Source of the DNA: Candidatus Hydrogenedentota bacterium
Lineage (GTDB): Bacteria > Hydrogenedentota > Hydrogenedentia > Hydrogenedentales > CAILVY01
Length of the DNA stretch: 64,000 nucleotides
Direction of reading: 5' to 3'
Assembly: GCA_903837785.1 (NCBI GenBank)
Contig: CAILVY010000238.1
Location: forward strand, 40,116 to 104,115
How positions within the stretch are numbered: position 1 is the first letter of the stretch; each line of letters starts with the position of its first letter. A program made the position numbers and the translations under genes. The notes below the pieces were generated by a model. That model was not told the origin of the DNA. It saw only the letters and a list, made by a program, of their open reading frames with translations, and ran no database searches. Below are positions 1-8,301 of this stretch, piece after piece.

Positions 1-308
1 GGGATGCAGGCGTCCTGTCCCCAGCCTCCCACGCGCACCGGAATCATGGCCCACTCGAGGCGCAGGAGCACGCCGTCAAGTCCGGACGGGATGGGCGCGA
101 CTGCTTTGCCGACCGCGCGCGAATGCGCCTCCGGAACCGTCGCGGTGCGCAAAGCGCCTTCGACCCAAGCCGCGCCGCCTTCGAGTTTCCAGAAGTCGCC
201 CGGCACGGCTCCCGCATCAAACGTCTGTTCCCAAACGCGGGTGACGGATTCCCCTTGATCCGCCGCCGCACCGGCCATGATCACGCCCAACACTACTGCC
301 ATCCACAT
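1..308 (-). CDS. Partial (3'-truncated by the window edge) secreted hypothetical protein immediately downstream of the radical SAM gene
   Basis: The ATG at 308..306 (minus strand) is preceded by a GGGAGGG ribosome-binding site with 8-nt spacing. The translation is MWMAVVLGVIMAGAAADQGESVTRVWEQTFDAGAVPGDFWKLEGG..., i.e. a signal peptide followed by a soluble domain. The frame stays open to position 1. It is not in the supplied ORF track because it has no in-window stop. Confidence 0.45.
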   Translation of the reverse strand, partial: MWMAVVLGVIMAGAAADQGESVTRVWEQTFDAGAVPGDFWKLEGGAAWVEGALRTATVPEAHSRAVGKAVAPIPSGLDGVLLRLEWAMIPVRVGGWGQDACI

Positions 309-352
309 CCCGTTTTCCCTCCCGGCAATGACTCGATTGCCCAATCGTCCGA

Positions 353-1780
353 CTACTCCATCCTTCTCAAGATATCCCAGTACGCGCCGCGCGCCCCGTC
401 CCGAATGGCGTTGGAGAGGGCCGAGTTTTCGTTGTAGTTGTAGTTGCCCTCAACCTGGCCGGGGTCTGCGTGCAGGAAGCGCGGATCGCCCGCCACGAGT
501 TCACTCACAACGCGATGTATCCCATTGCCAATCTTCGCGTCCACGTAGAAGATCGGGCGCAGTAGATGATCGTTGTTCGCGGTTGCGCCGTGAAGATGGG
601 GATTGGCCGCCAGCGGCCCCTGTGCCCAGACTTTGCGCGCCAGCGGCGTATTGGGGTACACGCGGACGCCACAGGACAGCCCGACGCGGTCCGGCGCGAT
701 GCGGCGCATCGTCTCAATGGCCAGCGCCAGCGATTCCCGGGTTTCGCCGGGCGCGCCGAGCAGCATGTCGAACATGACCGCCAGCCCCGCATCGCGGCAG
801 GCCTGTGCGGTGGTTTCGAGATCTTCAGGGCCATAGTTCCGGCCGAGCTGGCGAATCATCGCGGGAACCGTGTGATCAACGCCGAAATTGATGCCGGCAC
901 AGCCCGCGCGGGCCATGGCGCGGGCGAGTTCGAGGTCGAACGGCACCGGGTAGGCATAGGCGTACCACCGGATCCGTCCGCCCAGTCCTGCCGATTCAAT
1001 GGCCGCACAGACCGCATGCGCGTGATCCGGCGGCAGGTTGAATTCACTGTCGCAGAGGTGAAAAACGTCCACGCCCTGTTCCAGCAAGTCCTTGATCTCG
1101 TCGATGACTTGCTCGGGATGCCTCGGACGAACGCTGCCGCCCTTGGCGCAGGGTTCGACGCAATAGATGCAGCGGTTGGCGCAGCCGCGTTTCGTCTCTA
1201 TGCCGGCCTGCCCGCCTTCGGCGAAGTAGCGCGGATGATCCACGAATCGCCGGCGACGCGGCAGTGGAGCCGGATCGCAGAACGCGGCGCGATTGGCGTG
1301 CGCCTCGCCGGAGTCCGTCCAGAACACGACGCCCGGAATGTCGACGGCGCTCTCGCCGTCCACGATCGCATCCAGCAGATCGGGGAGCGCTTCTTCGCCG
1401 TCGCCGGCCACCCCGAAATCCGCGCCGGTGAATTGCATCACCGCTTCCGGAGCGATGGAGAAGCCCACGCCGCCCAGGATGAGCGGCGCATCCGTGCAGT
1501 CGGCGCAGTGCAAAACGATCTCGGAGGCCTTCTCCAGGATGAAATCCTGGCTCGCGAAATAGGCGTCATCCAGATTGCGGATCGAGATGGCCACCGCCAT
1601 CGGGTGCACGGCGCCCAGCGCCGAGTCCAGATCGGCGCGCCAGTCCTCGGAGAACGTGAGGTCGCAGACGACGGGCTCAAAGCCGCGACTCTGCAGGGCC
1701 GCCGCAACGTACTCAAGGCCGATGGGCGCGATCGGGGGCCGCATCCGGTTTGGATTCACCATCAGTACGGGCGGATTCAT
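353..1780 (-). CDS. B12-binding-domain radical SAM protein
   Basis: The 475-aa protein has an N-terminal cobalamin-binding-like region (MVNPNRMRPPIAPIGLEYVAAAL...) and a radical SAM CxxxCxxC motif (GCANRCIYC). A GAGGTG ribosome-binding site sits 7 nt upstream of the ATG. Confidence 0.85.
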   Translation of the reverse strand: MNPPVLMVNPNRMRPPIAPIGLEYVAAALQSRGFEPVVCDLTFSEDWRADLDSALGAVHPMAVAISIRNLDDAYFASQDFILEKASEIVLHCADCTDAPLILGGVGFSIAPEAVMQFTGADFGVAGDGEEALPDLLDAIVDGESAVDIPGVVFWTDSGEAHANRAAFCDPAPLPRRRRFVDHPRYFAEGGQAGIETKRGCANRCIYCVEPCAKGGSVRPRHPEQVIDEIKDLLEQGVDVFHLCDSEFNLPPDHAHAVCAAIESAGLGGRIRWYAYAYPVPFDLELARAMARAGCAGINFGVDHTVPAMIRQLGRNYGPEDLETTAQACRDAGLAVMFDMLLGAPGETRESLALAIETMRRIAPDRVGLSCGVRVYPNTPLARKVWAQGPLAANPHLHGATANNDHLLRPIFYVDAKIGNGIHRVVSELVAGDPRFLHADPGQVEGNYNYNENSALSNAIRDGARGAYWDILRRME

Positions 1781-2067
1781 GATGAAACACCTCAGGGCTA
1801 CACTATAGCATGATCCCGGAGATGCCGCTCAATAGACCCACTGTTCTTCATCCGGCTTCAGGCGTGGACAGACGGCGGCGCAGGGGCGTAGCGTCCGAAA
1901 GGGAGGCAGGACCCGGGGAATCGGCGGGTTGGCGACGGACGCTGCGGCGCGGCGTGGAGACCGAAACCCGAACCGAATGCTGTATAACGCAGTGGACAGA
2001 ACATCGCGTACGCCATCGCCTCGATTTGGCAGGGGCAGGCGGGCAAAGCAGCACTTCGGCGGAGCTT

Positions 2068-2361
2068 ATGCACGAAAAGGATCAGATACTGGAAACCATC
2101 CGGGACCTGAAAGCGGAACTCGAACGCCGATATGAGGTCAAGGCCATCGGCCTATTCGGTTTTGTGTTTCGGGGGGATCATGGGCCGGCGAGCGACGTGG
2201 ATGTGCTTGTGGAATTCCGGAAACCAATCGATTTCTTCACGTTTCTGGAACTCGAGGAGTTCCTGGCGGAGCGCCTGGGCGCCAAAGTCGATCTTGTGTC
2301 AAAGAAAGCGCTGAAACAAGACATTGGGCGTGCCATCCTGAGCGAAGTGGTGATGGCATGA
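2068..2361 (+). CDS. mntA: MntA-like minimal nucleotidyltransferase (type VII antitoxin)
   Basis: The protein MHEKDQILETIRDLKAELERRYEVKAIGLFGFVFRGDHGPASDVDVLVEF carries the GxxxxG...DxD nucleotidyltransferase signature. The longer ORF from 1810 is treated as a spurious N-terminal extension. The stop codon overlaps the downstream hepT ATG (ATGA). Confidence 0.8.
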   Translation: MHEKDQILETIRDLKAELERRYEVKAIGLFGFVFRGDHGPASDVDVLVEFRKPIDFFTFLELEEFLAERLGAKVDLVSKKALKQDIGRAILSEVVMA

Positions 2362-2715
2362 CACGGTCCTGGCGCGATTATGTCGCCGATATCTTGACCG
2401 CTCTCGATGACATCGCCGACTTCACCCGCGCGATGGATTATGCGGCGTTCGCATCTGTCTGATAGGAAGACCACGAACGCTGTGCTCCGAAGCCTCGACG
2501 TCATGGGGGAAGCCGCGAAGAACGTCCCCGATTCAATAAAAGACCGGCATCTGGACCTCCCCTGGAAGCGCATGGCGGGCATGCGTGACAAGCTCATCCA
2601 CGGATACTCCGATGTTGGTCTGGAAATTGTGTGGAGTGTACTCACTGACAGGCTGCCCGCGATCAGGCCTGGCATTGAGCAGATGCTTGCCGAATTGGAC
2701 CGGCAGGACGCGTGA
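2358..2715 (+). pseudogene. hepT: HepT-like (DUF86) toxin gene disrupted by a +1 frameshift
   Basis: The N-terminus MTRSWRDYVADILTALDDIADFTRAMDYAAFASV (frame of 2358) ends at a TGA at 2460-2462. The C-terminal HepT part ...DRKTTNAVLRSLDVMGEAAKNV...MRDKLIHGY... continues in the +1 frame (the frame of the ATG at 2407). That C-terminal part contains the Rx4HxY motif. Confidence 0.6.
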
Positions 2716-2823
2716 CTTCGAGCGATGTTTTGCGGGAGGACAGGAACCGCTGCATGCTCCTTTCCATTGAAGCACCGCAGTTTGCGCCGTCACGCACTGG
2801 CGTGACATTGTTGAGCGGGAGGT

Positions 2824-5508
2824 TTGTCAACCATGACTACGGCTATGATCTCAGCATGCTTGCTGCTGGCCTCGGCGACGCTGCCCGCGTGGGAATTCAA
2901 CAACGCCGACGAGCTTCACGTGTGGACGCCCAACGCCCATCTCGCCGAGGTGGCCGTGACGGACGGCGTGGTCCATGCCCGGGCAACGGATTGGGATCCG
3001 TTCTTTTCGTGCCGGCAGGTCGAGTTCACCGCGACGCCGTGGCAGTACCTGGTCGTGCGGATTAAGGCGAGTCAGCCGGGCAGCGGCGAGCTCTTCTGGA
3101 GCAAGGATCTCGAGGGGCAATATGGCGGCACCTCGCAAGAGAAGAGCACATCGTTCAACGTGAAGGGGGACGGCCAGTGGGAGGAGATCCCCATCTTCCC
3201 GTTTTGGCAGCGCGAGGGCCTCATTCGCCAGTTGCGTCTGGACCTCTATGACGACACCGCCTTCGACATCGACTGGATTCGCATCCTGGAATGGGGCGCG
3301 GGTGCCACGCCCTTGACGGATGGATACCGCTGGGAACTCGAAGGCGGAAAGCTGGATGCATGGCAAGTGCATCCGAACAGCTCCGATTACTTTGCTCCGC
3401 CGCTGGACTTGCCGCTCGAGGGGCGCGGCTGGGTTTCCATATGCCTCAGTGCCACGAAGGACGCCGAGGGTTGCGCGCTTTGGGCGGTGAAGGATCAGTG
3501 GCATGTCCAGTCCGAATCCTTCGCGATCCGCGGCGACGGTCGGAAACGCCATTACAACGTCGAAGTGGGCAGTTTTCCTTCCTGGGCCGAGCGCCTGTGC
3601 GCCTTCGGCCTGCGCCTGCCCCGCGAAGCGGGCATTCAGCTCGAGTCGGCCGCCATTGTCTTTGAGCCGGAAGGGCCGGGTGAACTCGCCGTGAACTACT
3701 TCGGCTTCGAGAACGGAGCGAACCGCGCCGGAAGGGCCTGCAGCGTCCTGGCGCAGTTCGAAAACCGGGGCGGCAGCCCGATCGACTTGATTGAGGCGCA
3801 ATTGCAGGTTCCGGACGGCCTGCAGGTGACGCGGGCGCCCGAAATGCCGGGCTTCACGGCGCTGGAATACGCGGATCTCGCCGAATTGCGGTGGGAAGTG
3901 ACCGCCGCCCGGCCCGGCACGTATGAAGCCTTCCTCGAACTGCCCGGTGGAATCGTCCCGGAGCCCCCCCGGACGGTCCTTCGATTTCTGCCGTCCGTGG
4001 AAGCGGCCCCGGCGGAGTATGTGCCCGCGCCGCGCCCGGTCCAGACGGACATCGACTTGTGCATGTACTACTTCCCCGGCTGGGCGACCGACGCTGCTTG
4101 GGACTGCATCCGGAGAGTTGCCCCGAATCGAAAACCGCTGCTCGGCTACTACGATGAGTCGCGTGTCGAGATCGTGGACTGGCAAATCAAGTGGGCGGTG
4201 GAAAACGGGGTGAAGTGCTATCTCGTGGACTGGTACTGGAACAAGGGCAACCAGCATCTCACGCACTGGTTCGAGGCCTATCGCAAGGCCCGCTATCGCG
4301 ATCAGCTCCAGGTGGCGATCATGTGGGCGAACCACAATCCACCCGGGTCGAACTCGCGCGAGGATTGGCGCACGGTCACGAAAGAGTGGATCGACCGCTA
4401 CTTCAACCTGCCCGCGTATTATCGCTTGAACGGGAAACCCGCGCTCTTCCTCTGGGACCCGAGCGCGCTGCGCAACGACCTGGGCGGTTCGGCGCAGGTG
4501 AAGGAGGCGCTGGCCGAGTCGCAGGCGATGGCGCAGGCGGCGGGCTATCCCGGCATCGAGTTCGTCGTGGTGAATGCGGACACGACATCCGGCCTCGTGA
4601 AGCAATTGGAAGAAGAGGGCTACGCCGGCGCCACGAACTATCACGAATGGGGGCGCGCGGTAGAAATGTCGCAAACTCCCAAGCGCGCCCGATATGAGGA
4701 TGTCGCGGCCACCGCGCCCGAGGCTTGGGCAAAACGCGACGCGATGTCGGGCTCGGTCATCTACTACCCGGATGTGGACACGGGCTGGGACTCGCGGCCC
4801 TGGCACGGGAGCAAGTCACTCGTGATCGAAGGACGTAGCGCGCCCCTGTTTGAGCGGTTGCTCGCGGAGGCCAAGCGCTTCAGCGAGGCGCACGACAAAC
4901 GGATGCTCGTATTCGGCCCGGCAAACGAATGGGGCGAGGGCAGCTATGTCGAACCATGCACGGAATACGATTTCGACATGATGGAGGCCATCCGGAAGGT
5001 TTTCGCAAAAGGCGATCCTTCAACCTGGCCCGTCAATATCGGCCCGTCGGACGTCGGGCTGGGCGGCTACGCCTTTCCGCCGTCGCCGCCGTTGGACTCC
5101 TGGGATTTCGAAAGGGATCCCGGCGGATGGAACGCGATGATGGGTGTATCGGCGTTGACTTGCGAAGCGGGTTGCCTGCGTTTCAAGACCACTTCGAACG
5201 ATCCGGCCATCAACGTGGCGCTGCCTAACGTCTACGCGAGAAAGCATCCGAAGGCGGTGCTTCGGATGAAGCTTGCGGGCGCGGCGCCGGGCGCGGCGGC
5301 ACAGCTCTTCTGGTCGGTCGGCGGCAGCAACACGAACGAAGCGGCCAGCATCAGCCTCCCGCTCCTGGCCGACGGCGAGTTTCACACGTACCTCCTGGAC
5401 CTTGCGTCGCGGCCGCGGTGGCGCGGGCGGATTGCCATGCTGCGCTTTGACCCGTGCAGCGCCGAGGGCGTCGAGGTGTTCATCGACTCGTTCAGCCTCG
5501 CGAAGTAA
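2824..5508 (+). CDS. Secreted multidomain protein with three repeated beta-sandwich domains flanking a TIM-barrel-like glycoside-hydrolase-like core
   Basis: The 894-aa protein has a signal peptide (MSTMTTAMISACLLLASATLPA). Related segments occur at the N-terminus (WEFNNADELHVWTPNAHLAEV...ELFWS), the middle (YRWELEGGKLDAWQVHPNSSDYF...) and the C-terminus (WDFERDPGGWNAMMGVSALTCEAGCLRF...QLFWS). The central region (VDWYWNKGNQH...MWANHNPPG...FGPANEWGEGSY) looks like a GH-like TIM barrel. A GGGAGG ribosome-binding site is upstream. Confidence 0.65.
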   Translation: MSTMTTAMISACLLLASATLPAWEFNNADELHVWTPNAHLAEVAVTDGVVHARATDWDPFFSCRQVEFTATPWQYLVVRIKASQPGSGELFWSKDLEGQYGGTSQEKSTSFNVKGDGQWEEIPIFPFWQREGLIRQLRLDLYDDTAFDIDWIRILEWGAGATPLTDGYRWELEGGKLDAWQVHPNSSDYFAPPLDLPLEGRGWVSICLSATKDAEGCALWAVKDQWHVQSESFAIRGDGRKRHYNVEVGSFPSWAERLCAFGLRLPREAGIQLESAAIVFEPEGPGELAVNYFGFENGANRAGRACSVLAQFENRGGSPIDLIEAQLQVPDGLQVTRAPEMPGFTALEYADLAELRWEVTAARPGTYEAFLELPGGIVPEPPRTVLRFLPSVEAAPAEYVPAPRPVQTDIDLCMYYFPGWATDAAWDCIRRVAPNRKPLLGYYDESRVEIVDWQIKWAVENGVKCYLVDWYWNKGNQHLTHWFEAYRKARYRDQLQVAIMWANHNPPGSNSREDWRTVTKEWIDRYFNLPAYYRLNGKPALFLWDPSALRNDLGGSAQVKEALAESQAMAQAAGYPGIEFVVVNADTTSGLVKQLEEEGYAGATNYHEWGRAVEMSQTPKRARYEDVAATAPEAWAKRDAMSGSVIYYPDVDTGWDSRPWHGSKSLVIEGRSAPLFERLLAEAKRFSEAHDKRMLVFGPANEWGEGSYVEPCTEYDFDMMEAIRKVFAKGDPSTWPVNIGPSDVGLGGYAFPPSPPLDSWDFERDPGGWNAMMGVSALTCEAGCLRFKTTSNDPAINVALPNVYARKHPKAVLRMKLAGAAPGAAAQLFWSVGGSNTNEAASISLPLLADGEFHTYLLDLASRPRWRGRIAMLRFDPCSAEGVEVFIDSFSLAK

Positions 5509-5626
5509 GCCTCACCGCGGGCGCTGGCCGGCGGGGTGGCACTGAATTTGGCTTCTGTCGTGAACGTTGCTATGCTGTGCGGCGCGTTCATTTGGCCGAA
5601 GCTTCAAACGGGATCGGGATATCTCC

Positions 5627-7252
5627 ATGTCACACTTCGGAACGCTCGACTGGTGCATACTTGCCGTCTATTTCATCGGGATAGCGTCCATCGGGCCGAT
5701 CTTTGCCCGGCGGAACAAATCCACGGAAGGCTATTTCCTGGGCAACCGCGAATTCCCGGCGTGGCTGCTGGGCCTGGCCATGTTCGCCACCTCCATCAGT
5801 TCGATCACGGTGGTGGCGTATCCCGCGGATGCGTACAAGACCGGCTACCTGCGCCTGCTGCCCGTGTTCATGCTGCCGCTGGGCATCTACATCGCCTCGA
5901 AAATCTTCCTGCCTTTCTTCCGGCGCGCCCAGTGCACGTCGACCTTTGAATATCTCGAGGGGCGCTTCGGCCCGGGCGTGCGCGTCTATGCGGCCATCGC
6001 CTTCCTGATCGGCCAGGTCATGCGCATCAGCACGATTCTCTATCTCGTTTCGCTGCTCTTCCAGCAGATGACCGGCGCCTCGCCGTTCGCCTGCATCTTC
6101 ATCGGCGGCGTGGTGATCGCGTTCTACACAGTCCTGGGCGGCATTCGCGCCATCGTCTGGGCGCAGTTCATCCAGTCCTTTCTGCTCTGGTTCGGCGCCA
6201 TCACCTGCATGGTTGTCTTGCTGCGCGGCATTGACGGCGGCTTCTCAACCGTGCTCTCGACCGCGTTTGCCGATGGCAAGTTCACCCTCGGCGATCCCAA
6301 CCCGGCCACGGGGGTCCTGGAGCGCGCGCCCTGGTTCTCCATTCAGGACAAAGCCATCCTGATGATGTTCGTTCTCGGGCTTCTGAACTGGTTAACCGAA
6401 TACAGCTGCAACCAGAACGTCATTCAGAAGTACGTGTCGGCGAAGAATCCGAGAGAAGCCACGAAGTCCATCTGGATCTGCTGCTTCTGCAGCGTGCCCA
6501 CCTGGACCTTCTTCATGTTCCTGGGCACCGCCCTGTATGTCTACTTCAAGCAGCACCCGGACCCGCAGGCGCTGGCCATCCTCACCGGCGCGGGAAATGC
6601 CAAAGCGGAATCCATCCTCCCCTACTTCTGCGTGCGGAACATTCCGACCGGGCTCGCGGGACTCGTGATCACCGGCGTCCTGTCCGCGGCCATGTCCGCC
6701 TCCTCTTCGAGCATCAGTTCGATCTCCGCGGTGAGCGTAACTGACATCTACCGGCGGCTCATCGTCAAGAACGGGAGTGACGCGCATTATGTGCTCGTGG
6801 CGCGCCTGATTTCCGCGGCCAGTTGCCTGCTCATGATGGGCGGCGCCTGCCTCTTCCTTTCCTTGAGCAAGCTCACGCTGCAGGACACCGGCGCAAAGCT
6901 GGCCGCCCTGATCGGCGGCGGCCTCTTCGGCATCTACATGCTCGGTTTCCTGACGAAGCGCGGCAACGGACGTTCCGTTGCCATCGGCATCGTTGCCACC
7001 GTTGCGTTCTCGGCCTACATGGCCGCGGCCCAGCTGGGGTGGATCTCGAAAGAACTGTATACCGGCCTCGGAGTCTCCGACGGTTGGGCCGCCTTCCTGA
7101 GCAAGCCGATGCACGTCTACTACGTGGGCCTGGCGGGTCACCTGCTCATCTTCTCCCTCGTCTACGTACTCGCCGTGCTGTTCGAGCGAAAGTCGCGCGA
7201 CCTCACAAATTACACGATCTGGACCACCCAGCCGCTGCCCAACGAGGAATAA
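5627..7252 (+). CDS. Sodium:solute symporter (SSS) family transporter
   Basis: The polytopic membrane protein MSHFGTLDWCILAVYFIGIASIG...YFLGNREFPAWLLGLAMFATSISSITVV... has the typical SSF N-terminus. The start was moved to the internal ATG at 5627. Confidence 0.8.
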   Translation: MSHFGTLDWCILAVYFIGIASIGPIFARRNKSTEGYFLGNREFPAWLLGLAMFATSISSITVVAYPADAYKTGYLRLLPVFMLPLGIYIASKIFLPFFRRAQCTSTFEYLEGRFGPGVRVYAAIAFLIGQVMRISTILYLVSLLFQQMTGASPFACIFIGGVVIAFYTVLGGIRAIVWAQFIQSFLLWFGAITCMVVLLRGIDGGFSTVLSTAFADGKFTLGDPNPATGVLERAPWFSIQDKAILMMFVLGLLNWLTEYSCNQNVIQKYVSAKNPREATKSIWICCFCSVPTWTFFMFLGTALYVYFKQHPDPQALAILTGAGNAKAESILPYFCVRNIPTGLAGLVITGVLSAAMSASSSSISSISAVSVTDIYRRLIVKNGSDAHYVLVARLISAASCLLMMGGACLFLSLSKLTLQDTGAKLAALIGGGLFGIYMLGFLTKRGNGRSVAIGIVATVAFSAYMAAAQLGWISKELYTGLGVSDGWAAFLSKPMHVYYVGLAGHLLIFSLVYVLAVLFERKSRDLTNYTIWTTQPLPNEE

Positions 7253-7386
7253 GCAAGGCGCCCTGCCCCTTGGCGCCGCCGGGTTGATTTCACGCCGAAG
7301 CGCATCCATACTTGTGTCGGCCAGTGATGCGGAAGTGGAGAGTCCATGCCGCTCATAAGGGGCGGCGCTTCGAGGGAGGACGGAGA

Positions 7387-8301
7387 ATGAGGCGCGGCGG
7401 ATTCACCCTGATTGAACTTCTGGTGGTCATCGCCATCATCGGGATACTGGCCGCCATCCTGCTGCCGGCGCTTTCCCGCGCGCGCGAGGCGGCGCGCCGC
7501 GCGAGTTGCCAAAACAACCTCAAGCAAATGGGTCTCGTCTTCAAGATGTATGCGAACGAGTCTCCCGGGCAGAAGTTCCCGCCGCTGCGGCGGCTGACCG
7601 GCTCGAATTGCCGGCCGCTCACACTCGCCCAGGCCGCCGTGCTCTGGACGCCGGACGGCCCCGCCATCTACCCCGAGTACGTCACGGATGTGAACATCTT
7701 CATGTGTCCCTCCGATGCCGACGGACGCATCGGGCCCGACAAGGAATTTCACTGCGGCGACGACCCGGCCCGGGAGTTCTGCCCCTGCAAATTCTACAAC
7801 ATCTCGTACAACTACTATGGCTGGGCCGTGAAACCGGAACATTATCTGCGCGCGCCGGTGGAAGTCACTCTCAACGATCCTCAATTTGACGTCTCTTCGC
7901 AGATGGACGCGGGCTTCAAGCAACAGCTCACAAACATGGTGATCGCCGTCCTCGCCACGCACGACATGAGCGCGTATGAAGACGATATGCCGTTCGATCA
8001 CGCCGATTTCGGGCCGAGTGCCATCTATCGCTTGCGCGAAGGCATCGAGCGGTTCTTCATCACGGACATCAACAATCCGGCCGCCACCGCCCGGGCCCAG
8101 AGTGACATCGCGATTCTGCACGACATGCTCGGCGCGACGCCGGTTGTGGACAGCTCCGTGGTGGCCAATCACATCCCCGGGGGAGGCAACGTGCTCTACC
8201 TGGATGGCCATGTTTCTTTTGTGCGCTATCCCGGCACGTGGCCCATCTGTGCCTCGTGGTCCATTATCATGTCCGACCCCATGGCGCTGCTCAGCTTCTG
8301 A
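7387..8301 (+). CDS. DUF1559-type protein with a prepilin-type N-terminal cleavage/methylation domain
   Basis: The N-terminus is [47 protein letters not shown] and the C-terminus is ...[24 protein letters not shown] ribosome-binding site lies upstream of the ATG at 7387. The stop overlaps the next gene's start (TGATG). Confidence 0.85.
   Translation: MRRGGFTLIELLVVIAIIGILAAILLPALSRAREAARRASCQNNLKQMGLVFKMYANESPGQKFPPLRRLTGSNCRPLTLAQAAVLWTPDGPAIYPEYVTDVNIFMCPSDADGRIGPDKEFHCGDDPAREFCPCKFYNISYNYYGWAVKPEHYLRAPVEVTLNDPQFDVSSQMDAGFKQQLTNMVIAVLATHDMSAYEDDMPFDHADFGPSAIYRLREGIERFFITDINNPAATARAQSDIAILHDMLGATPVVDSSVVANHIPGGGNVLYLDGHVSFVRYPGTWPICASWSIIMSDPMALLSF

Noticed and set aside
566-1813. 415-aa plus-strand ORF
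   Set aside because: It is antisense to the B12-binding radical SAM gene, which has a clear CxxxCxxC motif.
1810-2067. 86-codon N-terminal extension of the mntA ORF
   Set aside because: It has no similarity to nucleotidyltransferases and is Arg-rich and low-complexity. The MntA homology and a ribosome-binding site begin at 2068.
2851-4806. 651-aa minus-strand ORF
   Set aside because: It is antisense to the 894-aa secreted protein gene and has Arg-rich, low-complexity composition.
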